A stretch of DNA of 64,000 bases from Tubulanus polymorphus. Its lineage: Eukaryota; Animalia; Nemertea. A program made the position numbers and the translations under genes. This document shows positions 51,645-64,000 of the stretch, piece after piece. The DNA lies in assembly GCF_964204645.1 (NCBI RefSeq), contig NC_134028.1, forward strand, positions 21,634,345 to 21,698,344, in the 5' to 3' direction. Every line of letters starts with the position of its first letter. The stretch's first letter is position 1. Under the pieces are notes generated by a model that was given only the letters and a program-made list of their open reading frames with translations, made no database searches and was not told the DNA's origin.

Positions 51645-52198
51645 GATGGTTACAGGCGCCGAATTTACCAGTTGAAACTCGTGAAAACGTGGTTTCTAGA
51701 AATCGGATGTGGAAATGGCTAGAAAACGAATCCAAGATTAGTTTCATTCTAGCGACGGATATTAATCCACAATGTTTAGAAAATACTCAAGTAAATATCG
51801 AGCGTCACGGAGTTCCGGGGTAGGTGCGTTATTCGGGTGTGTTCCCTCGGCGATTTCTGAAGATGATGACAAGTTCGACACGGTTTTCTGGAATTTTCCG
51901 TTTTCGTTTCTGACCTCCGCCGAAGCAGACAACTTGAGGATGGTCGAAAGAGGGATTCATCGATCCCGGTTACGATGCCATCGGAATAAATTCATCACAG
52001 GCGCTCGTAAATATCCGAGACCCGGTGGAAATGCAATTTTCGGTTTCGGTCGAGTCTGGGGTCGGCTAGATATTCTAGAACAGAAGGCGAAAGAAGCGAA
52101 CTTGCGTCTGGAATGTTTTTGGCGTGATAAAGATCGTTCAGGGAAACGTTACTGAAGAATTCGAGTTGTGGCGAATTTTACCGATTGATACTGAATAA
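51645..52198 (+). pseudogene. Pseudogenised duplicate of the 38462 methyltransferase
   Basis: Aligns with 38615-39193; 5' ~50 codons missing, ~22-nt deletion after motif I, GAG>TAG at 51821, several single-base frameshifts. Confidence 0.9.
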
Positions 52199-52910
52199 TG
52201 AACTGTGTGAATGATGGCAACTATTACGTATAATAAGACTATCAGTTATAGCAATTTTAATAGATTTTCTGGTGCCCTGAAGTTTGTTGTAACGAGGGTC
52301 CACTGTATCAAGGACAAGCACTTGTAAGGATATTCCCAGTAAGATTCGAAACTGAAGGAAGATTTGACGATATATGCTATGACATGCGTTACTACAGCAT
52401 AATTTATTACCAAGTCATCTTTTGAAACATAATAAACAGTTTCTTTATCTTTATTAAGAGTATGATGATACAAGCAAATTATATATAATTATATCTTCTG
52501 ATATAAAATAAATGTACACTGCGCTTAGAACCTGAAGAATTCTCTACATTTATCAGAACATGTATAAACAGGAAAATAAAATCCAAGGTGTTACGTGGAG
52601 CTTGTTACATGTACGTAATTCTCGTTATTTGCTAGACTGCGCTTAATCCAAATTATACGAGATCAACGAAATCAATGTGATTATCTTGATTAAGCAGGTT
52701 TCAATACATACATGTAATAGCAATTCAGGCCGAACCGTAAGTATTAGGTATTCGTGTTAGTAGCAAAGAATGTGTTAATGCACGATGATACAAAAACTAA
52801 ACGATTAAGGAAATCTAATGTATGATAAATGAAATATTTCGATCCCAGGGAAGATGACCGGATCTTCTCTTTTCTTGTCGATAACTATTAGCACCAATAT
52901 CGATTAAACT

Positions 52911-55900
52911 TTAAACCAAGCGCAAACCAGCAATACTCGATTCCAGAGTCTACAAAGATAAAACATTTAACGACACACTGTTAAAATTTGTAATCAGTTT
53001 ACTTCTATAAATGCCAGGCCTGTTATTGTCTGCTTGATTATGATTTTTAAGAAAACTTAAATGTACAAGGGATATAGACGGCCTGCCGCATCTATGCTTT
53101 TTAAGCTCGGCAGAAACCAGAAATGAGGAATCAATTGTTTTCAGCCTTATATACAGCCAGTGGATGAGGAGGATCTTCGCAATGAATCGCGAAAAGAGCA
53201 GTTAAATATAAGTCCCACAATCACGAAATCTATAAAATATCGTAATGTCCAAATTCATCATCAAAGTTTGGAATTTTTGGTTTTCAACTAATTGAAAACT
53301 GAAAAATTTGAATTTTCAATGATCGATTTTAACGTTACGACATTTTAAGTTTTCGGCTTCGTGATTGCAGGACGTAGGCCTATATTTAACAGCCAGTTGA
53401 TGAACTTTATCAGTCAATAGACCTGAAGTCATGAGATGGTGAGTCGCGAAGTTCCTACCTTGAAATCCCAAATACAGATTTGCCCGTCAACAGCCGATGT
53501 AGTGAACTTCGAACAGTGGGCTTTGTCTCCGGCATACATCGATATTTGACTGAATAATGAAATGAAAGCATACGTAAATAAAGGACCATCGGTCCAGTTG
53601 GGGTACATTTTACTTTTGAGCACAAAAACGATTTATTCTGGGATTTGCAATGAATAACGTATAAAGCTGAAATCTTAGAAAACAACACCGTTGTAGTAAG
53701 CGGCCCGTGCCAAGCTTATTTGAGGGGCACTTCTATTTCAAGAAAAAGGCACTTTTTCACCGTAAAAATGGGAACTTTCTTCTTGAAAAAAGCAGATCTT
53801 AAATACGAAGTGCCTGGGTACGTGAATAAAGCATTTGAGAATGGATTAATTTCATTTTCCAAAAAAAGCACGAAAATTGTATCCAAATTTCGAGAAATCT
53901 TGACCCAATTCTTTTACACTGACTCTTTGAAGGTGACTTTCAAGAGAAGAGATTTTCATTGGGATTTGATTGATAATTTCAATCTGCAGCCCACAAACAC
54001 ACCTGCCTGGCCCTCTTGTTGAGATCACTTTTCAAAAGTATGCTTCTACTTAAAACAAAGGCACAATTTTGTCAGACATTCTCGTCTGGTTCGTACTTTT
54101 TCATGAATTTGCCGTGAAAATATTGGGCAGGAACCTCCGATCGTACCCCTGTTATTCTGTTTTTGGGTTGAAACGCCTGTTTCCAATTACTCGAAGGCCC
54201 AACCGATGTGTGATGGGGTTGTAAGGGATACTGCTCGATAAATAAACCTTACGTGATTGTGTTCAGATGAATCGTTTTCGCCGCGCCCTTATCCTCGGCC
54301 CCTTTATTAGCGTCGAGACTTCTGAATCGCTGCATCGCGCTGAAAATCAAAGAGTTGTTGATGTCATTTTTTTATGGTAAATCAGATACGCACCCTTACA
54401 AGACGATGTAAGAATCTATTCGACCTTTCAAAACCTGAAAGTCAAACGATGATTGAAGATTTTGATAACTTAAGAACCGGCATGAAGATGTATTTGTAGC
54501 CTCCACCTTACTCGGTACCAGCTGACTCGGCAAACCAATCAAGTCTTATGTGAATTAGAAAAACTTTCAATTTCACCAACTCACTGCTCAGGATGCTTGA
54601 GATGTTTATAGCATCCTGATGCCACCGGGTAAGGTGAAGTTTACTGTTTAATCTCGAGGACTTCATGTCCTCAGGGCTCAGTTCCACAGTTGTGAGTTAG
54701 TGTTAACTCTGAGTTTAAGTTAGTTCATTTTCAATGAGTTAACTCGGAGTTAAATCTTATCTCAGAACTGTGGAACTGGACCCAGAGCTGCCCCCAATAG
54801 CAGCCGTGAACGATTGCACAATGATGACACCTGAAAGCAGAATACAGTACGACGCACCACAATTAACACAACAAGCATTCAAGTCTAAGTATAAAGCAGA
54901 CATTTTACGAGTCAAAACAAGAATAAGAGCAGCAAGGGGCCATTAGTGAAGTATGTATACATACACGGGCGGGAGGGGGGGAATGCCTGTAGCCTGCGGA
55001 TAACAGGGTCTGATCTAAGGAATGAAAGCCACTTGCCCGGGAGCAAGCGTATCTGAAGTTTTGCTTGCTCCCTCCAAAAGCTACTTGCCCAACACAGGCA
55101 GTCCAATTGGTGGCACTATCATCCGCTGTATCGAGTGGGAAAAGAGCTTTGTGACATAAAATTGCACTAGCCCGGGGGGGGGGGGGGGCAAGTGATAAAT
55201 GATAACCTACTTGTCCTGATGAGAAAATACTTGGCCCTGGCAATCGGACAAGTGCTTAGACCAGACCCTAATGCACAGTACCTCACGAACAGCCCCAAAT
55301 GATCATTTTAAGGGGGAGGGGAATGACAAAATCGACTGAAAATTAAACATTTATGCGTGAAAATAAAGACAATAACTGGGATTAGTTCAAGACAACATTT
55401 CAATTTTGAGTTTCATGAAAAAATATTTACCACTGAAAAATGAGTGTTAATCGATCGGACACTCATATATATGCACAATGAAACTAGGTGGGGCGGGGCG
55501 ATGTACATGGACAGGGGTCAATGTGCTGTTAGAAAACAGAACTAATCACTCCATGCATTATCACATGCATTCTCTAAATAATCTAATTTTTGTTTCATGA
55601 AAAGCTCGCAAGCACGCACACAACTTTCAATCCTCGGGGGAGAAATAACAAAAGCCTTGTCTACACTAGCACACTAGTACCCGGCACACTAGTACCCGGC
55701 ACACTAGTACCCGGTACACCAGCACCCGGCACACCAGTACCCGGCACACTAGTACCCGGCGCACTAGTACCCGGCGCACTAGTACCCGGCGCACTAGTAC
55801 CCGGCGCACTAGTACCCGGCACACTAGTACCCGGCACACTAGTACCCGGCACACTAGTACCCGGCACACTAGTACCCGGCACACCAGTACCCGGCACACT

Positions 55901-58900
55901 AGCACCCGGCACACTCGTATCCGGCACACAATAAAGGATCGGGCATCGTAGATAAAGTGAACTACTTTTGGACAAGTATTTTCTCAGTTATAGATTTACC
56001 AAATTCATCATTCACGGAACAATTTTAAGATGTCCTCAATAAGTCAGTAAAATACATCTAAGAGTTATAAATTTCAAAACAGTATGATGGGGAGGGTTAC
56101 ATCGTGCAGATTTGACATTGCATTTTTTGACAATGGTAATTTTGAATTTGGGAATTATTCACATAATTAGAGATAGATCCCTCAGATATTTTTCCCGCTT
56201 GTTGATGATAGCCTAGGTAGAAGCGTATCTGGCTCAATAGATGGGTCCTCGAGTGCTTTTGATTACACTTCTCCCCGGACTGTCAGAGGATCAGCAGTTA
56301 AAATTCTTATGTTTGAGTGTACAGTATTTCAAGTGTATTGAATCTTCACACTTCAATGCAAGTTGTTATCAACATAAGATGTCAGTTACTGTCGATATTA
56401 CTGAACAAAGCCTTTCTCTATATATTGTAGACAATATCAGACTAGGGGTCAAAGGACACCATGTCAACTGGTGAATTGCTTGAACATTGTCGATCTTTAA
56501 CCCTCTGTAACATGAAGGGACGTGCGGCTAGGGGCCTATTAGGTACACGTGAACTGGTACTAGTGCAGACGTGGCTTTTTGCAACGAACAGCGGACAACT
56601 CTAGCATTCTTACCCGATATGTAACTGATCATCGTGGTCATCTAGACCATTCTCATTCTCACTAGTGTAAACAAATAATCCAAAAAAATAGAATACACTT
56701 AGAAGATTGAGTATGATCACTATAGAAGACTTAGTATGATCAGGAGAGAAAAGATTGCGTTATAAGAATGTATCACACACAAAGTTTCAACAAAGGTTGA
56801 AATTGGAGCTGACAAAAGGCCGGATGGCTGAGCGGGTTAAACTATCAGTCTCATCAATCCAGGATTCATATATGCTAATCCCGATTTCTTGGTTGAAGGA
56901 ACGGCATAAAAAAAACTTGAACGTCCTTGCTAATTGTGCCCTGAGTACTGTTCAGTGGGTTGTGGAGAAGCTGCTAGCCCTGAGTGGTGCTTCGTGGGTT
57001 GCAGAGACGAAAAAAGATATAGTCAAAGAATACACATATCTACATGAAATGATTTGACAAGACTTAATTTTTGAATCAGAAGCCTCTGAAGATCATTGAA
57101 ATGCCCACTGTATGTAAACAAATACCTCCCGCCTAGAAACAGTTTCTGATTAGCTGAAGCTAACCAGCTGATATATGCAAACAGCTCAAAACACGTGACC
57201 ACTAACCCAAACCCTAGCTTCTGATTGGCTGAAGCTGATCATCTGGTATGTGCAAATAGCCTCACCTAGGATTAGCGCATGGCTACTAATCCTAACCCTA
57301 GCTTCTGATTGGTTGGAGCTCATCACCTGATATAAGGAAATAACCCCCACCTAGGGTTGCGCATGGCTCCTAACCCTAGCTTCTGATAAGCTAGAGCTGG
57401 CCACCTGATGTTAACAAACAGCTTCACTAGCTCTAGGGATTATGGGATTTGAAAGCAAAAGAAAATAGTAAACAGACAATTATTTGGTGAATTTATGACT
57501 TTTAAATTTCATATAAAAATTGAAAGATCTATTCATGCCTCCCCACAGATATTAGGTTTCAGGACTGCCAACCTCTCTCAGCAACAAGTTCGATTTTTTT
57601 CAGGGATATTTCATCGAAAAACGAAAGAAAATTTTCAAATTAATCAGCAATCAATTGTGATCATCTTTCCATCACATTGCTGTAAACATCAAACAAATCA
57701 AAAAAAAAAAAACATTTCCATCAGTTCAGTTTGTTGCCAGTGTGATTCTAATTTCTTGTTTTGAAATAATTCCTTCGAACTCATTACCAACACCTAGATG
57801 ACTGCACGATTTGCTATCACCATGCTTTCGTACTGTAATTATCTATGTGCATTACATACATGTAATTTAATACTTTGACGAATGAAGAAATATCATAAAT
57901 ATCATATTACTAAGTCGTTATTGAAAAGATAGTCAATGTTACCTCAATGACGATGACTCCTTCTGTTTCGGGACGTCGAGTTTATTCATGAACGTCAGTT
58001 TGCCATCGTCACCGTGCACAAACAACATCGGGCAACAATCGTGTCCCTGGTAGAGATGAAAAATAAAATGATTGAAACAAAAGCAAGAAATTTACATGGA
58101 ATATAAAATAGAATTGTGTTAATGCGTTTCAATAATTCCATTTGTCAGGTATTGTCTTTTGATGAACTGTATTTCATGACATGAAACAAGCCAAAAAGTT
58201 TATGCCTTGCTGTGTGCGCTAGGCTCTGTAATACTCAACAAGAAGCTCGAGACCTATTCCTTAAATCTGCGCCTTTCTGAAGTAAATTTTGCGCTCGTAA
58301 AGCTTTTGGGATCATGGGAGTCTATGCGAAACCCCCTAAAACCCCTGGCTACAGGCATGGATAATTTGTCGAAATTGATACAAAGAGTGACTGGGCCTTT
58401 GGTGAATTTCATTGGCCCTTTCCCTATGTATGACGATTGCAAAACATCATATGGGTGACACCTGAGGTGCATATGACATTTTGGAAACGCCATTAACCTA
58501 TCGATTTTGAGCTTAAACCGGCATAGAGCAAGCAGTAAAGAAACGCTCGTGATTTTTGTATGAATTAAAATCAGAATTAAAATTCAGAATTTCTTTGGAA
58601 AATACATTACGCACTGGACAGTGCATAGGCAGCGAAAGATTAAAACTGTAACTTACCGCAACTACTAAACTATTCTCTGTGACCCACATACATGTAGTGA
58701 ATGGAAGAAACTTGGATTTCACAGAAACCATTCTACCAAAGAAAGCAAATAATAAACCAATTGTGCGGTAAAAATATTGCTTCTAATCTCGACGAAATGC
58801 TCGTTGAAAACTTACTGCATATCTTTAGTGCTGTCGACAACAGATATCCTCGAGTCGTGTCCAACCCAAGCCAGCTTGTTGCCACTTGCAGAGAACGAAA

Positions 58901-61900
58901 CATCATGGACCCATCCGCCTTAAAAAAGTATACAAGAAAGAAATAAATCTACGGTATTTTGTAAATTTGAAAACCCGACTTTTCAGACGAAACAGGATAA
59001 CATCAAATTCTCGTCGCACTTCAATCTAACTCTGAATATCAAAGAAGACTAATGTAGTGATTATCGGTTTTAATTCGATTTCGAAGCCAAGTCAACTGTA
59101 TGTCACTCGAACGTTCAAAATATATCACAGAGAAACATTAAGCCGCGTCAAGCAGAGGATATTATCATCCTTACCTTGACTCTTCGGTTTGGGTTTGCCG
59201 TCATTTTTGTCCTCTTCTACAATTCAATGATAACAAATATAATGTTGTTACACCTGGTATTCAGTCAAACTATCGTTCAACTCAATGCTTGTGCACTGTG
59301 TAAACTAAAAAGTATCTTCTTTATTTATGGAACACCGTATTTTCCAGCCAAAAACAGATTTTCCAGCCCCAGATTTTTACCCCAAAATATGTATCATGAT
59401 TGGCTATTAAATCGATACCGTCTGACCTAAAAAATCACTTCCGATTTTCCGTTATGTCAATTAAAATCAAGAAGAGCGATCCATATTACGGTAATTTGAG
59501 GTCATTATTTACCTACCAATAATCTATTTTGAACTATTTTTGTTACTTTGTTTCATCACCTCACAGGGGTAATGTAATACGCGCATCTGGCGTCGAGCAG
59601 CATGTGTCTGCTAATATATTTGTAGCCATAGCATTCTCACACATCAGCGTGCTCGAGTGTTTGTTGGCCTCTTACATCGTCAGTTAAGACAAACTAATTG
59701 ACAAGTCATTGAATTAATCTCTGATAAAGGGCCTCGGTTTATCATGCGAAGCTTTAAGAAATCCTTGTATTTTATGCTAAAAAACTGCCCCGGCTTATTC
59801 GCCGGAAAATACGGTATTTCTATCATTCATTCATTATTCTATATATTCTATTTATCCAATAATTACGGTACATATACATACGATCCTATGATTTTTATGA
59901 TGAGTAAAAAAAAACAGGTCAAATTGAAATAAAAATTGAAGAGCAAAAATAGTGAAACCACATCAAAGATTGCGTTAAACATCGAATCGCTACAAAGGGT
60001 AAACTGAACTCTACAGAAACGATGTGGGATCGAAAACTACTAAGATCTAACATTCCCGCGTTGATACAGAGCGATCAAATAAAAAATCCTCATTCATTTT
60101 TTTCGTTTTTCACTAATAAAAGAGTACAGGTAGGTTCGTATCAATTGGAAGCATCAACAGAAGAACTGAAAGTTAAAAGCGATGAGGTACAAATCTGCCG
60201 CCTTGAGCCACCCCCTCATGACATTTGAGAGTGTAGCGTCTTGGCATTCAGTTTCTGAAAGTATGCTCATAAAATGTCTGAAGTGTCTCGGGTGAAGTTC
60301 TGAATGCATGTGAAGTGTGGACGATTAGTGTCTGAAAGTGCGCTGGTAAAATATCTGGGGTTTGCAGTTCATTTTGTATTAAAAATGTCTAGGGTGAAGT
60401 TCTGAACACATGTGAAGTTTGGACGATCAGTTTCTGAAAGTACGCTGATAAAATGTCTAGTGTCTGAGGGCTTGCCCATGAAGTACTGAAGACATGTTAA
60501 GTGTGGATGATCAGTTATTGAAATCTTGCTGATGAAATTTCTAATGTCTGGTGTTTGTAGCTCATTTTCAATAAAAAATGTCTTTGAACACGTGTTAAGT
60601 GTTGACGATCAAAACATAGGCATAAATTGTTGAACATGTTTGGGGGGGGGGGTTTCTAGGCTGCAAATTGATATCCCAAAATCAACGATTATCACCATGC
60701 AACATTTTGTTTTCAAAGCAAACAACTGAAAAAACGGATGAAATTTAAATAAAAAAAACAAAAATAAAATGGCATTAGAAGGAGCAAATAATGATGAGAG
60801 AGAAAACTTGGGAACCACACGTTTGTTTTGAGACGAGATGCTAACAAAAATAATCTGAACAACAGCTTTCATACCTTTATATACTGTAAAACAATGAAGA
60901 AATATATATGTGAATGTAAATATACGAAACAAGAGATTTCAATCTAGAAAATATATCTAAGTATCAACATCCATCAAGATTCATACTATCTGAAGATATT
61001 CTGAGCAGTCTAACGGCAGTATCAAGAATTCTGTAAATTTTGTAAGTCTACGAGATCGTACTTGGCTGATTAGGCTGCAAACTTTCCCAAAATTGAAGGA
61101 CTTGATAAGAAAGTATTGAAAGTATCGAGTATTTCCCTCGATTCAATCATGGGTTAAACACTCTTACTGCTAACTAAATTGAGATGAAGTGTAGGCTTAG
61201 AAAAAGCCACGGACCAGCCCCCTCATATAAGTTTTTCCACGAGAGAATTTCCGACATCTTGTTCGGCAACCTTTAAGCAGGAAACTTAATCTCTTTTACT
61301 CAATATTTTGCACCAAATAAAGCAACTCGTCTGCCTGTTGACTGTATGGACTTGGCTAAGAAATTTGTTTCTCATGGTTGGGGGTTGCAATATTTCAAGT
61401 TCATAGGTGATGAAAAGGCTGAACTAAATGAATAATAATTTGCAGTTGACATCGTTTGACCGGTTAAACTCACCTCCTCCATTTGAAAATTCACACATCA
61501 AACTTCCGAGCGTCATTTTTTTACCCCAAGGCGTCGCCGATGGTTTATCCTCAACCTCTTTGATGTAACCGGAAAATACTCTGAAAAATAACGCGATCAA
61601 AACATTTCGAAGCGGGCTCGAAATTATTTCGTGATCGATTAAAAATCATCCTCCCTCGACAGGGATTCGAACCTGTGATGGCACATAGAACAAAACCCGG
61701 TCACACGCAACCAGGCGCGAAGAAGGTACATGCCCAGGTTAACTGCCCGAAAACTTGCGGCGCCAATCACATTGCTCGTTGTATAATTGTTGAGGCAAAT
61801 TTCACGGAAGAACTATAAATGGGAAACGTGCGCTAAAAAAAACCCCAGGATTTCTGATCGGCTAATAATGACATCATCTAACCTGCGCATCCAGTCTAGT

Positions 61901-64000
61901 GTGGCAAGGTTTCCTACCATAAACGCTATCGGGTTCAAATCCCTGCCGGGTAGGATGTTGAAAACAGGCACCTGATACCTAGACCGTAGCACGTATGTAC
62001 AACCTGCGCTATGGTTTCGATCGGCTCCCGGAAATAATCACACGTATGTTTACAAACCTGGCTTTGAAGTCGGAAGAACCGGCGGCAAACAGCACATTGT
62101 TCGGATGCCAATCGATACTGAGAATAAACACATAAATTCAGTTAATGACTGTTATCAAGAGTATACAATTTCCGATAAAATAAAATTGAGAGTATCAAAA
62201 TGGCAATGAAAATTATTGTTTGCATGAATACAGAACATTGGTCTCTCATTCATCAGCTAGATCAATATTTCATACATTACCTCGTCACAGTTGATCTCAG
62301 CGGCTTCTTGATATGTTTGCTGACCCACCAGTCGTATTCCTTCTCGAAATAACAGATCGCGATCAGGCGAGCGCCGCTGGCAACCGCGAATTTATCTTCT
62401 ACGAAATTAAAAAGCATTCGTTGTCACGGCAATTTCTCAAAAATCGCAAAATTATTTTCTTCGCAAATTAAAAAAATTCGCAGCGATGATTTCTCGCAAA
62501 TCGCAATCTCTTATTCGCAAATAGTGAATGATGGATTCTCAAAATTATGAAGAACTTTTACGACAGACATTTCTTCAATAATTCATTATGGTAATCTTTC
62601 TTCTGAAACTTAACTAATTTCTATTCATTTTCGTCTGACATCAATCTTTTGGGATATTTCGCTTAATTTTTTACCTGAATTTGGTCTCAATAGGAACAGT
62701 GAAACTGTGCAGTCCAAATTATCGCATTGAAGGATTGCCAAAAATTCTTCATTTTCTCATGTTGAAATGAGAGAAAAGATCAGCCATTTTTGAAATTCTA
62801 ACAATACATTTCCCGTGTTTCCATGCCTGCGAATCATGATTCTTGAAAATATTTCAAATTGTAGGCATGGAAACATATTGTCAAAATTGATTTATTTCAT
62901 AAAATGGAGTCGTTTTTTTTCTGATTCAAATGAGTTAAAGACACTTTTTGGCAATCTCTCAATACATTGCAAAATGAATATAAAAATGATGGTTTATCTA
63001 GACTGCACAGTTTCACTGCTTGTATTAATTGAGAAATGTCTTCTAAAGATTAAGAGAAAATCCCCAAAAAATCGATGTCAGTCAAAAAAATAGACTTAGT
63101 ACAGCTGCAGCCAAAGCCACCACGCGCTCAAATACAGAGAATATATGACATTATTGTTTGATATTAGATAGAAACGGATTAGACGTTGTACCTTTAGGCG
63201 ACCAGCGTACACACGTGGCTGCTCTATTGATACGCAATATAACCAATGTCGGCTTCCATTTACCATCGACGAAAGTCCAAACGTAAGCATTACGATCCTA
63301 GAAAGTCAAAAAAGAATAATCAGTACTATCATAAAGCAGATCATCCAACTGACGGTACAAATTATATCTGTGCTTCGATTTTTTCATCTCAAAATCAAAC
63401 CCTCAGTTTCGTTATCGGCAGGTGAGGTCCGTTCGTAAAGGACACCGCTGTGCTCTCTCAGCTCCAGCTAAAACACGACTAAATACTTCTTCAAACGGAT
63501 AACACGTTAATGAAACGTGCCGCTAATGGCCATCTTTAATTACATCATCAATTAGGCCACAATTGACAGGGTGCACTGCCATAGCCTATATGATACTGTA
63601 TTTATCCATTGATATCAAATACACTACAACCACCAAATAAGCATAAAACCAAATAAATTGCCCATGGGTAAAGTGGTTTACCTTGCAAACTGGAGCTTAA
63701 AACCAAATTAATCAAATAGTTCACAGAGAATTCCCTATTTCAAGATTAGTTGACTTAATGCATCGGTATTTTATTGTATTTCATCCTATCGTATCTTATT
63801 GTATTTTGTATTTAAACTTACAACTCCGCAGGTAACGATTCTATTCTGATCCGCTCCCCAATCGATACTAGTCACGCGCTGGGTGTGCTCCTTCAATGTG
63901 TGCACGATCTCCCATTTTCCAGCTTTTTGCGAATAGATGTTCACTTCGGCATTGTTCAACGACAGAGCCAGTGCTTCATCCGAAACAAAAAATAGGAAAA
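52911..64000 (-). CDS. ARPC1: ARPC1 copy B (first coding exon outside the window)
   Basis: Exons ~63821-63973, 63191-63296, 62281-62398, 62059-62117, 61474-61580, 58816-58918, 58657-58732, 57943-58046, 54253-54339, 53459-53549, 52911-52949; splice sites and frames appear intact. Confidence 0.9.
54675..54782. mobile_element. PIF/Harbinger-like MITE with CAG TSD
   Basis: ggctcagttccacagtt / aactgtggaactggacc flanked by cag/cag; empty site at ~42130; similar short palindromic elements at ~3850-3985, ~22540-22675 and ~47982-48114. Confidence 0.7.
55004..55270. mobile_element. Second copy of the 4459 MITE
   Basis: cagggtctgatctaagg ... cttagaccagaccct, with colinear internal sequence. Confidence 0.8.
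55664..55930. repeat. 15-bp minisatellite (cacactagtacccgg)n, ~17 units
   Basis: Directly visible; intronic and specific to copy B. Confidence 0.95.
60245..60610. repeat. Degenerate ~75-100-bp tandem repeat (shorter paralog at 45265-45485)
   Basis: tcagtttctgaaagta...gtgaagtgtggacgatc recurs. Confidence 0.6.

Larger units (their letters stand above)
51645..64000. repeat. Second unit of a tandem segmental duplication of ~38615-47890
   Basis: Colinear exons, introns and UTRs at high identity, with unit-specific insertions; runs off the window end. Confidence 0.93.

Noticed and set aside
51772-52155. 127-aa ORF as a functional second methyltransferase
   Set aside because: It lacks SAM motif I and drifts in and out of the parental frame; pseudogene fragment.
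55590-55975. Elastin-like GTLVP / VPGTS repeat protein
   Set aside because: A 15-bp intronic minisatellite open in several frames, with no supporting exon context and absent from the paralogous intron.

Overview
AT-rich, intron-rich animal (invertebrate-like) genomic DNA, not prokaryotic. Genes reconstructed by hand from GT-AG exons: bleomycin hydrolase (BLMH, +, 11 exons), a single-exon GT31 beta-1,3-galactosyltransferase (-), a class-III PLP enzyme of the ETNPPL/PHYKPL family (-, 11 exons) head-to-head with JMJD8 (+, 7 exons), an intronless SAM methyltransferase (+), and ARPC1 (-). A tandem segmental duplication (~38.6-47.9 kb repeated from ~51.6 kb to beyond the window end) gives a second ARPC1 and a pseudogenised methyltransferase. 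The most unusual object is a ~3.3-kb element (11840-15123) with ~380-bp inverted ends that each fold into a ~240-bp hairpin. It encloses an intact AT-rich zinc-finger ORF and a ~1.6-kb 24-bp satellite. A palindromic insert with two inverted hammerhead-ribozyme cores and a 13-bp TSD (24552-24799) also stands out. Many MITEs, a CORE-SINE, a Helentron-like element and microsatellites fill the introns. All homology calls are from recognition of motifs; no searches were run.
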